The notes under the pieces were generated by a model. The model was not told where the DNA came from. It saw only the letters and a list, made by a program, of their open reading frames with translations, and did no database searches. 64,000 bases of DNA. Source: a virus. Taxonomy: Duplodnaviria > Caudoviricetes. Both the position numbers and the translations under genes were made by a program. Within the stretch, counting starts at the first letter, position 1. Each line of letters begins with the position of its first letter. Location: the IMG/VR virus record IMGVR_UViG_3300042508_000526. The stretch is one strand, 5' to 3'. Shown piece after piece: positions 16,654 to 24,717 of this stretch.

Positions 16654-17103
16654 TTACCTGCCGTCTGTTTCGCAGTAAATCACAAAAGTACAGCCGCATT
16701 GTTGCGCGAGCTTTACAACGTTTGGCGCATACACCGAAACAATTTTTGTTTTGTCGATTTTGTTGGCTGCGAGCAGAGCGAGCAGCCCCATTTTTGCAAT
16801 GCCGCGCCGTCTATATTCCGGATCTACAAAGCATTCGACTGTTTGCGCTACGACCGGGCGTCCCTTGAATTTTTCAGTCCAAGGGCGCGTGCCTACCCAT
16901 CCGGCAAGGACGTCGTCGCACCAAATGAGCGCCAGCGCCATTTCTGGGTGCAGACCGGGTTCGACGTGCAGGTAACGTTTGGTCAGCTCTTTTTGTATTG
17001 AGCTGTCGCTACCCGAATCCGGCCACGAAAGCCGCGACATTATTGCCGCGACGTCGATACATCCTAGTTTATTGATGTCTTTGATTTTGATTACAAATTC
17101 CAT
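16654..17103 (-). CDS. GNAT family N-acetyltransferase
   Basis: Acetyl-CoA motif A ECFVDPEYRRRGIAK; start moved to ATG 17103 (GGAGG RBS). Confidence 0.8.
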   Translation of the reverse strand: MEFVIKIKDINKLGCIDVAAIMSRLSWPDSGSDSSIQKELTKRYLHVEPGLHPEMALALIWCDDVLAGWVGTRPWTEKFKGRPVVAQTVECFVDPEYRRRGIAKMGLLALLAANKIDKTKIVSVYAPNVVKLAQQCGCTFVIYCETDGR

Positions 17104-17126
17104 AGTTGTCCTCCGTGACAACCATG
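17101..17126 (-). promoter_or_regulatory. RBS/AUG-occluding hairpin with CsrA-type loop (GNAT)
   Basis: CAUGGUUGUC-ACGGAG-GACAACUAUG: 10-bp stem with one G-U; loop carries the SD, 3' arm carries the AUG. Confidence 0.7.
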
Positions 17127-17140
17127 AAATTATATCAAAG

Positions 17141-17213
17141 AGCCGGCGGCCGGACTCGAACCGGCGACCTGCTGATTACAAATCAGCAGCTCTACCAACT
17201 GAGCTACACCGGC
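17141..17213 (-). tRNA. trnT: tRNA-Thr(UGU)
   Basis: GCCGGTG acceptor, D arm TAGCTCAGTTGGTAGAGC, GCTGA-TTTGTAA-TCAGC, GGTTCGAGTCC; CCA not encoded. Confidence 0.95.
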
Positions 17214-17214
17214 A

Positions 17215-17682
17215 TTAAATCAAAATGACATCACTGTCGACCGGCCAATAATATGGCAGATCGTCGGGTTCTTGCCAACCAAATCGCGAATAGTGATTGT
17301 GATCTTTGCGCAGCAGATTACTGCGATGGCTAGCATGAAACTTTTTATTGCCGAACCATTTTGGGTAAGGCACTATTAATGCTTCGCCGCGCTCGCGGCG
17401 ATACGCGTCCATAAACTGCGTGTGCAAACTGTCGCGGAAACCGCGTTTGCGCCATTCACGGCAAACAATTGCGCTGTATGCAATAAGCGCTATCTCTTCG
17501 CCCACCCACATTCGTACGGCCGGGTGATTGCGCCACCGAGAACTGCCCGGTGTGTGGTCGCCGATTGCAATGCCCAAACACAAAAGTATTTGCTTGCACT
17601 CGACGCGTTGTTTGCCTAAACGCTTGTTATCTAAACACGCAGCCGACGCCCTAAAACTTGGCAGCGGCAGAAACGTTTGCAT
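17215..17682 (-). CDS. Pyrimidine-dimer DNA glycosylase/endonuclease V-like (MSMEG_6728 family)
   Basis: MQTFLP...LDNKRLGKQRVECKQI...HPAVRMW...SHRSNLLRKD...Y.WP. Confidence 0.8.
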   Translation of the reverse strand: MQTFLPLPSFRASAACLDNKRLGKQRVECKQILLCLGIAIGDHTPGSSRWRNHPAVRMWVGEEIALIAYSAIVCREWRKRGFRDSLHTQFMDAYRRERGEALIVPYPKWFGNKKFHASHRSNLLRKDHNHYSRFGWQEPDDLPYYWPVDSDVILI

Positions 17683-17690
17683 GTTAGTAT

Positions 17691-18050
17691 TTAGTCGTCG
17701 TACTCGTCTTCTTCGTACTCTGTGTCGGCCTCAAAATCTTCTTCATAACTGGGTTCTTCTTCGTCTTCGTCTTCTTCGTCATCCCACTCCTCGTCGTCGT
17801 CCTCCCACTCCTCGTCGTCTTCGTCCCAGTCTTCATCGTCATCATCGTCGTCGGGGATGTAGAAATTTGGTTTCGGTAATTCGAAGTCGCTATCGTCGTC
17901 TTCGTCGTCATCGTTGTCGTCGCCGACAAACTGCCACTCCTCTTCGATAAAATCGTCGTTGAGTCCGTCGTCGTATTTTGCGGACAGGGTGCGACGAAAC
18001 GACGCAGGCGCTAGATAACGAATTGGATTATCCGATGTCACGAGCTTCAC
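17691..18050 (-). CDS. Extremely acidic protein
   Basis: About 61 of 119 residues are D/E, with Trp at 7-residue spacing; operon-packed. Confidence 0.65.
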   Translation of the reverse strand: MKLVTSDNPIRYLAPASFRRTLSAKYDDGLNDDFIEEEWQFVGDDNDDDEDDDSDFELPKPNFYIPDDDDDDEDWDEDDEEWEDDDEEWDDEEDEDEEEPSYEEDFEADTEYEEDEYDD

Positions 18051-20655
18051 TGTTGGTTAAAAGGAATTGATCGCCCCAGTCCGTTGTGATCGATATTCCC
18101 GGCATTCCTCGTATTGATTCTTCTGCTATAAGTGCGCCTGATTTTAGCAGCAACTCTTTAATTAGCAACCAGTTAGGTATGACTGTTTTGCTGCTATAAA
18201 AATAACGATCTACCGCCCTCTGATTCAACCACCAATAGTCTTTTTTTCTTACAAGGTAGTTTGCGGCTTGCGACCGATTTCTTGGGTGCGGCACAATTGT
18301 TAGCTGGCGGTTATTAACGGCACGACCTAACTCTAGTAACAAGGCGGTATGCGCGTTTTCGTCGGTAACTAACTGATTTAGCGCACAATCTAGCTGAAAA
18401 CTGCTGCCGTACGTTTCTGTTAACCAGCCGGCTAAATCTGACAAAACTGCCCGCGTCATGTTTACACTGCCCGCCGCTATCGTCATGCGCTGTTTTAATG
18501 CCCGCTGAATGTAGGCTGGCAAAACGTGCCTAAACACACTAAAGTCTGCCGCGCCAACAGACGCGCTGCCGGTAATTACCTGCCACCCGTAGCTCGGGGC
18601 GATGGCTGCTGCGGGCTGTGTTATTTTGACAAATATCGGATACGCGTGACACCGCGGTATTACGGTGCCGTAACTCGCGTCGTCGAAGGTACTCGCGGCA
18701 AATAACGGCCAGTCCGCGTTTTCTGCCAGCTCTGCGAGATTGCGACTAACGTGACTGCGGTGCAACGTTGTCGAGTGCTTATAACTGCAGGCTAGTTCGT
18801 TGCCCAGCATTGCCGCCAACGTAAAGGACGCGCCTGACATACCTGTCGCGGTGGGTTCTTTGCGTACAACCGGCGCGATTAAATCTGTGGCAATTGCGGC
18901 GAACACTGTCCATATAAACGCATTATCCGGGCTGGGCGTTAAAAACTGTTTGATGGCCGGCGGTGCAACTGGCGTGGGCTCAGGAAAGGCTGCAGATTGT
19001 TTTTTTGTTTTCGGCAGCATTGTCGGCGTAACTGCGCCGTCATTAGTCAGCTCAAACTGCGCAAAACGAAATACGCCTGCGCGGTCGTCCCAGCCTAGAC
19101 GACTTGAAATGCTAATGAGTTCTGGCTTATTTAACTCAATAGATATCAAGTGGCTGCGTTTGTTCCACATGTTGTCAAAAACGACAAGCTTCTTTTTTGG
19201 CGCCATGTATGCTTGTGCGTACGCCAGCAAGCCCATACCTTCAATACGCTTAGCGCTGTCTGAGAATTCAAATTGCTCGCCGTCGATGTGGATGACGCCG
19301 CTGTATGTTTTGTGCCCGTTATCTTCTTGCACAATTTTTGTGATTGCGATATTGGCCGAACAGATTCTGTGATTTGCGCTATTCCACCAACCGTCACCGC
19401 GCGCAATGACGACGCGTCGGCGGGCAGTCTGTATAGAGCCCAGCGGCACAGCCAACGTCGCATGCGACAGAACCCGATCTGCGAACCCGGCTGAAAAATT
19501 GTCATTCATTTTTTTCAAAAACGGCGCCAGCTTGTCCGGCGATACTGTCAGCCGTGTGGCGAAAGACTGGGCCGCGATTTCGCTCATTGGTTTCAGCGCG
19601 TTATGCAGGCTGACCTGCCACGTTGTCGCCGCGTATCGAATGTTTGTGAGTTGTTTGAGCGGGTTATCTTGTTCTCGTGTTTTTTTGTGCAACGGTGGCG
19701 TGACGCACACATACCCGCGGGCAGTGGCCGCGCGGCTGATCAGCTCCGGCGAAATCGCCGCGCTTTGGAACAGGCGCGTAATCGGCGCAAATGCCAACCA
19801 GTTCTGCCCGTAACTGTTTGCTTCCGGCCCGGTATAGCTCGCGGCAATTGGCAGCAACTCTACGCCGCGTTTCAACTGCTCGCACTGCATTTGCAGCGCC
19901 CACATAGGCGAGTCAACAACGAATTGCGTATTTTTTAGTATCTCCGGCGCCGGCTTTAACATAGCGTCAAGGAGAAAGTAACCGGCTTCGGGTCTTTTGC
20001 GTTTGTATCCGTTAACGGGAATGTAGTTGTACCGCGCGTCAAAATCTTCGCTGTACTGGACGAGCATTGCTCCGGCGAAACGGCCGGGAAGATCGTAGAA
20101 CGGGAACACGATGCTTGCGCCGCCGCGGCGAAAGTTTTTAGGGCACGGCCGCCCTATCTCTGCGCATACTTTGGCTATCTGTTCTTTGTGCGCTACGCCA
20201 ACAAAACCGCGCGCGTTTATTTCGCTGCTTACGCCGAGTTCGCGCAGGCGGCAGGCAATTACGTCGTCGCCGTGGCTCCAAATTTGCGGTTCCGTATCCG
20301 CCCAAAAATCTTGCAGGTGTGCTTGCTTTTGAACCGCCCGGCTATACTCATTAATAGCCGTTGTTTTATCGGCAGCGCTAATCAGCCGTAAATCAACAAA
20401 TTTGTCGATTGCGTCGGCTATGCTTGTATTCCATATTGACGCCGCAAAGGTTATGATATCTCCATGGGCCCCGCATGTATTACAGTGCAGCCAGACGCCG
20501 TTCGCGGCAATGTCATCAAACAAGTACAGCGTGTTTTGATGACAGCTTGGACACGCAACAATATTTGGGAATGACGGATTTTCCGGCGCGACGCCTAATG
20601 CCGATAGGGCGTGCATATGGTGATGTCGGCCGATTAAACAGGTAGGAAACCCCAT
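18028..20655 (-). CDS. Primase-helicase-like protein, apparently catalytically degenerate
   Basis: N-terminal CPSC/CNTC Zn domain; IVFPFYDLPGRFAG DnaG-like segment; Toprim-like and DUF927-like regions with altered motifs. Confidence 0.55.
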   Translation of the reverse strand: MGFPTCLIGRHHHMHALSALGVAPENPSFPNIVACPSCHQNTLYLFDDIAANGVWLHCNTCGAHGDIITFAASIWNTSIADAIDKFVDLRLISAADKTTAINEYSRAVQKQAHLQDFWADTEPQIWSHGDDVIACRLRELGVSSEINARGFVGVAHKEQIAKVCAEIGRPCPKNFRRGGASIVFPFYDLPGRFAGAMLVQYSEDFDARYNYIPVNGYKRKRPEAGYFLLDAMLKPAPEILKNTQFVVDSPMWALQMQCEQLKRGVELLPIAASYTGPEANSYGQNWLAFAPITRLFQSAAISPELISRAATARGYVCVTPPLHKKTREQDNPLKQLTNIRYAATTWQVSLHNALKPMSEIAAQSFATRLTVSPDKLAPFLKKMNDNFSAGFADRVLSHATLAVPLGSIQTARRRVVIARGDGWWNSANHRICSANIAITKIVQEDNGHKTYSGVIHIDGEQFEFSDSAKRIEGMGLLAYAQAYMAPKKKLVVFDNMWNKRSHLISIELNKPELISISSRLGWDDRAGVFRFAQFELTNDGAVTPTMLPKTKKQSAAFPEPTPVAPPAIKQFLTPSPDNAFIWTVFAAIATDLIAPVVRKEPTATGMSGASFTLAAMLGNELACSYKHSTTLHRSHVSRNLAELAENADWPLFAASTFDDASYGTVIPRCHAYPIFVKITQPAAAIAPSYGWQVITGSASVGAADFSVFRHVLPAYIQRALKQRMTIAAGSVNMTRAVLSDLAGWLTETYGSSFQLDCALNQLVTDENAHTALLLELGRAVNNRQLTIVPHPRNRSQAANYLVRKKDYWWLNQRAVDRYFYSSKTVIPNWLLIKELLLKSGALIAEESIRGMPGISITTDWGDQFLLTNSEARDIG

Positions 20656-21838
20656 GACAAATATTCCACTCGATCAGGCACACGACGTCAGCGGTCGCGA
20701 ACTGCACCGGCTAACTACGCTTTTTACGTGCCCGGATTTTGTTAAATCTGCGTCGCAGGATCGCACGCACGGCACCGACGAGTTGCCGCGGCACGTCTAT
20801 GCCGATCAATACAATAAACTTTACCCGTGTCATTCCGCCGCTGCAACGTGGCTCTCCGCGCTGTACTTCGCCGATAAGAAGGCTGAGTTTGCTGAAAAGC
20901 GCGCAAACGAGATCCAAGCCCGCATCCACGGCGCGGCACGTTTCTTTGGTATTTTGGGCTCGGTGACGGAGCTGGAAGAGAAGGTAGCCGCGGCAAACTC
21001 TACTGACCTCAACAGTCTTCCAGACAGCGAGTTTGCCATTGTCTGGTGCGGCGAGAACGGCGCCGGCAAGGAGCGGCATTGGCCGTTGCGTAATGCCACA
21101 GAAGTAAAATTTGCGGCAGCGCATTTTAAAAACTTTCGCGATCAGTTTGTGTTTGCTGACCGTCACACGATTGCAAACAAAATTCTTGAAAAGGCTGCGC
21201 AGTATGACGCGGATGTGTCCGAAGCGGACGGCTCGTTAGAGCTGGCTGCGGGTCTGGGCGCGTGCGCGGCAAAAGTTGCCAGCGAAATGATTAAAGACCG
21301 CGTACGGCTCACTCAGCGCAGCCATGGTGCGCTGGCCAGTGAGTTGTCCAAATTAGCCGCCGCTATCGACAAGAACCCGGAACGGGCTCGCTCAGTCGAT
21401 ATGCGTCTTAAGTTGGCGAGCGCGGTCGATGACTTTGATCGCAGTACTAACCTGCACCGGCTGTACGACGCTGGTGGTTTGCCCCGACCCGAAGAAGTGT
21501 TGTTTGCCATCACGGAGAAGGTAGCGCGCGACTTCATGGAAGAAAACGTCGAGACAACGACGGGTAACGTGTACGCGCTCACGGACTTGGAAAAGCTAGC
21601 AGTTGAAGACGTTCGCGCGTGGCTCGGCGACGAGTTTGCAGACGCTGTGACCGCGGGCGGCGTTTACATGGACCGCGAAAAACTGGCGGCGATTGTGCCG
21701 ACGCTTGACCGCGGTATGGCGTCTATGCTGGATCGGCTTATGTCCGAAAAAAGCGCAGGCGCTGTTGTGAAGGCCGCCGAGGCTAACGACACGCTGCTGT
21801 CGCTTGCGCGACTGCACGAACTGGCTAGCGAGGGCTGA
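20654..21838 (+). CDS. Hypothetical phage protein with a duplicated (Y/W)P-x7-8-A motif
   Basis: LYPCHSAAATWLSALYF and HWPLRNATEVKFAAAHF; AGGTAGGA RBS. Confidence 0.7.
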   Translation: MTNIPLDQAHDVSGRELHRLTTLFTCPDFVKSASQDRTHGTDELPRHVYADQYNKLYPCHSAAATWLSALYFADKKAEFAEKRANEIQARIHGAARFFGILGSVTELEEKVAAANSTDLNSLPDSEFAIVWCGENGAGKERHWPLRNATEVKFAAAHFKNFRDQFVFADRHTIANKILEKAAQYDADVSEADGSLELAAGLGACAAKVASEMIKDRVRLTQRSHGALASELSKLAAAIDKNPERARSVDMRLKLASAVDDFDRSTNLHRLYDAGGLPRPEEVLFAITEKVARDFMEENVETTTGNVYALTDLEKLAVEDVRAWLGDEFADAVTAGGVYMDREKLAAIVPTLDRGMASMLDRLMSEKSAGAVVKAAEANDTLLSLARLHELASEG

Positions 21839-21847
21839 ACAAATCGA

Positions 21848-21921
21848 CGTGGCGTAGAGCAGTCTGGTAGCTCGCCAGCCTCATAAGCTGGAGGCCGTCG
21901 GTTCGAATCCGACCGCCACTA
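21848..21921 (+). tRNA. tRNA-Met(CAU), initiator-like body
   Basis: C1xU72 mismatch, A11-U24 pair, fMet-type D arm GAGCAGTCTGGTAGCTC, anticodon arm CCAGC-CTCATAA-GCTGG; CCA not encoded. Confidence 0.9.
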
Positions 21922-22176
21922 TTCTTCTTTTGCGTTGCCGTCTTCAACGATGCCAAGAACTTCGTTGAAGAATTCTATGCAACGCCTGCCGGCAATGCCG
22001 CTCTTTTCTGTTGCCGGCGGCTGCGCTGGCTGCGCGGCGGGGTCAATATTTTGCGATGTTAATCCGAGGCGCTGGCACTCTTCTAGATACATTTGCCAGT
22101 TTTCGTAATCTTCTCTATCGCGCGGATTTTCGTACGGTACGTATGGGTTATCAAGCAGATGGTCGTTCCAGCCCAT
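21919..22176 (-). CDS. Hypothetical protein
   Basis: 85 aa; stop codon overlaps the tRNA-Met 3' end. Confidence 0.55.
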   Translation of the reverse strand: MGWNDHLLDNPYVPYENPRDREDYENWQMYLEECQRLGLTSQNIDPAAQPAQPPATEKSGIAGRRCIEFFNEVLGIVEDGNAKEE

Positions 22177-22345
22177 TTTTGCGCTTCTTCTTTTTTAGAG
22201 TGCGCAGCTCGCCGCGAATGACAGTCACGGCAAGCGGCGCGGTAACACCGATCTTTACGCGGTCACCGCATATGTCCAGTATCTTCAGCACAACATTGTC
22301 GCCGATTACAACCTCTTCTTCTTTTTTTCGTGAAATTACGAGCAC
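22151..22345 (-). CDS. csrA: Carbon storage regulator CsrA/RsmA
   Basis: MLVISRK.EE.VVIGD...GDRVKIGVTAP..V.VIRGEL; R6 and R44 equivalents retained. Confidence 0.92.
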   Translation of the reverse strand: MLVISRKKEEEVVIGDNVVLKILDICGDRVKIGVTAPLAVTVIRGELRTLKKKKRKNGLERPSA

Positions 22346-22359
22346 GGGAGTTGTTTACC

Positions 22360-23031
22360 TTACTGGGCAGCATTTCGTAGCAGCTCGACTACCTGTTGCG
22401 TGTTGCCGTTTTCAAGATTTAATGCGGCTAGTTGCGCAACCAGCAATTCTGTTTTCATACGGATCGACTGGTTGATGTCTTCTGTTTTTCCAGCTTCTAG
22501 ATCGTAGACGGCATTAAACATTGCCGGGTCGTCTGAGAAATCCTCGATGCTCGGCGAAACGCGCGCAGCGCGCAACGCTACACGCAAAATATCTGGCGGG
22601 TTGATAATGCCCTCGCTGTCGAGCACGGCGCCTATGTACGAGCGGATCTCTTCGTTGAACGGCTCTTTGTCTTCTTCCTCTGGCGGCGATATCAGCAACG
22701 CCTCTGTGATACCCCACGCCACTTCTTCGGCGTCCGCGGGGTCCCACATGTCGGGCCGATATGTTGCGCCGCCAAGCACGTTACAGAAATCAATGAAATC
22801 TGGCAGCGACTTGAAGAAGCTGTCTGTAGTTAAGATCTGGATGGCGACCAGCAACTTGTCGAGCGCCAGCTGCGGCAGCTCAACGTTAAACTCTTCTTCG
22901 ACCTCTAGCGTGATGGTCGCCGGGTCCCAGTCGAGGGCTTCTGTACCAAATTTGTCAAGGAACAGCGTCAGGAGTACGCTCGCGAACGTCTCCCGGCTCA
23001 TCCAAGCTTCCTGCATCAAATTTTTTGGCAT
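22360..23031 (-). CDS. Hypothetical phage protein
   Basis: 223-aa helical acidic ORF in the operon. Confidence 0.75.
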   Translation of the reverse strand: MPKNLMQEAWMSRETFASVLLTLFLDKFGTEALDWDPATITLEVEEEFNVELPQLALDKLLVAIQILTTDSFFKSLPDFIDFCNVLGGATYRPDMWDPADAEEVAWGITEALLISPPEEEDKEPFNEEIRSYIGAVLDSEGIINPPDILRVALRAARVSPSIEDFSDDPAMFNAVYDLEAGKTEDINQSIRMKTELLVAQLAALNLENGNTQQVVELLRNAAQ

Positions 23032-23506
23032 GAAATCCTGCCCTCTGCTCTATCTGCAGTACGCCCCGGCGGTACAGCTCATTCAGATTATACGCGATGG
23101 ACTCAAGTGGCGCGCAGGCCAAAAGAGCCGTCGTTTCGCCTGATTCTAGGTCTAGCCAACCCGTTTGCCCGGTCCACGTGCAGTGCTGCCCGTCCGCGAA
23201 TGCCAGATGGTCAAGGCAGCACGATTCTTCTCCCGCTGTGTTGGCATTTTTTTGCGCCCAGACACCTTCGAGGATTAGCAGGCGCTGCTCGGCTTTTAGG
23301 AAGTCCAGCCGCTCTAACAGATCTGCCAGTAGGATGTAAAACAGGTTGTCTGGCGAAACAACGTCTTCTCCGCCCGGGACAGGCTGGCGGAGCGTGGTCG
23401 TAAAAAGGTTGCGTATTTGCAACTTGCTAAGTTTTACGACCCGCATTACCATATCCAGCGTCAGGTCCTTTTTTTCTTCGGAGGTCTTTATGTCTATTTC
23501 CGTCAT
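22955..23506 (-). CDS. Hypothetical protein
   Basis: Likely start at ATG 23506 (AAAGG RBS) or 23452; the upstream extension is antisense to a plus-strand gene. Confidence 0.55.
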   Translation of the reverse strand: MTEIDIKTSEEKKDLTLDMVMRVVKLSKLQIRNLFTTTLRQPVPGGEDVVSPDNLFYILLADLLERLDFLKAEQRLLILEGVWAQKNANTAGEESCCLDHLAFADGQHCTWTGQTGWLDLESGETTALLACAPLESIAYNLNELYRRGVLQIEQRAGFHAKKFDAGSLDEPGDVRERTPDAVP

Positions 23507-23768
23507 TGACAACCTTTCTAACATTACCACCGGCCGCGCCGAGATTGTTGTCAGCGCGTCAGGCATTGAAGAACTCATGGCCGCATCGACGGCTGAGATT
23601 GCGTTACAGAAAGCTGCGGCAGCCGGCTTGCATCGCCCGGGCGTTTCTAGCGCGAGCGGTCCGTATCCGGTTGACGCGGATGGCAAGACGGACGACGACT
23701 TGCTGCTCGGCAAGCGCGGGCCGGTAGCCGGCTACCGCCGCGATTTTGTTATCTTGGCCTCGATTTGA
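23490..23768 (+). CDS. Hypothetical protein (92 aa)
   Basis: GGAGG RBS 5 nt before ATG 23490; protein-like composition. Confidence 0.65.
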   Translation: MSISVIDNLSNITTGRAEIVVSASGIEELMAASTAEIALQKAAAAGLHRPGVSSASGPYPVDADGKTDDDLLLGKRGPVAGYRRDFVILASI

Positions 23769-24111
23769 TTTTTGGGCGCTTCTTTTTGATCTGTTCCCAG
23801 TAGATGTCGATGACGTCAACGTTGTCGATCGGCGTCTGCCCCGCGAACTTGATTATTTTGAAGCACACCGGTGTAGACAGCGGCAAGTCTAAATGTTCCG
23901 CCAGAGCCGTCAATGGCTTTGCGCTGCGGGGCGACGAGTGCGCGGCCACGACGGCCCGGGCCTCGCGCTCGGTTTTTACTAGCGCAATAGGTATGTCGTC
24001 CATGGTCTGAGACCACAGCACGAGATACCGTGTTGCGCCCGTTGCGGTTGTTTTCTTGCCACTAAGGGCGCGCGCAGCGCGCCCTTTTTTTTGCGTTTTT
24101 TGTTTTTTCAC
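23749..24111 (-). CDS. Hypothetical basic protein
   Basis: 120 aa with Lys-rich termini. Confidence 0.55.
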   Translation of the reverse strand: MKKQKTQKKGRAARALSGKKTTATGATRYLVLWSQTMDDIPIALVKTEREARAVVAAHSSPRSAKPLTALAEHLDLPLSTPVCFKIIKFAGQTPIDNVDVIDIYWEQIKKKRPKIKSRPR

Positions 24112-24114
24112 GGG

Positions 24115-24591
24115 TCAATCCTCGTTACCGAAAAGCTCGATGTGCGCTAGTCGTGCGCAGTAAAACTCTGCAACCATTCCGGCCGCTTTGTTGAACTGCG
24201 CCGCGATATTTGGCAACACTTGCTCGTTGAATACTTTGACAATCGTCTTACGGAGTTTCGCAATCGCTTCCTGCGTGTAGCCAGCGTCTCTCGCCTTTTC
24301 GGCTGCTGCGCGTACATCAGGGCTGCTGTCGAGTTGGATCTGTAGGAATGCGGGATTCACAAACTCGATTATGTGGCCGTACACTTGGCGCGTCGCGTAA
24401 TCGTATGGAACGTCAAACACGCCGCGGCCCGGCCATTGTTCGCCGTTGATCTTTTCTTCGGACAAGTATCGAAGCTTGCCAAGCGTCCAGCCGAATGCTG
24501 CGGCGTCATCGTTCGGCTCGGCCATCACAAATTTTGGTTTTGGCCCCGCTGGCTTTTTATCCAGTTTTGTTTTGCTGCTTTTACGGGCCAT
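24115..24591 (-). CDS. Hypothetical protein
   Basis: About 158 aa; start at ATG 24591 or TTG 24600. Confidence 0.65.
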   Translation of the reverse strand: MARKSSKTKLDKKPAGPKPKFVMAEPNDDAAAFGWTLGKLRYLSEEKINGEQWPGRGVFDVPYDYATRQVYGHIIEFVNPAFLQIQLDSSPDVRAAAEKARDAGYTQEAIAKLRKTIVKVFNEQVLPNIAAQFNKAAGMVAEFYCARLAHIELFGNED

Positions 24592-24630
24592 AACAGGCAA
24601 TAGCTAAGGAAAATCGGGCATGGTTAGTGT

Positions 24631-24701
24631 TGGCTGCGTAGCCGAGATCACATTCGGTCTGCCATCGACAGAAACCAGAATGTGTCCCGGCTACACAGCC
24701 A
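24631..24701 (-). ncRNA. Candidate structured RNA: ~30-bp imperfect hairpin
   Basis: TGGCTGTGTAGCCGGGACACATTC...GAATGTGATCTCGGCTACGCAGCCA; three mismatches resolve as G-U on the minus strand. Confidence 0.5.
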
Positions 24702-24717
24702 GACAACGATCCGCAGC

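Noticed and set aside
23507-23713. N-terminal extension of ORF 22955..23713
   Set aside because: Antisense to the better-supported plus gene 23490..23768
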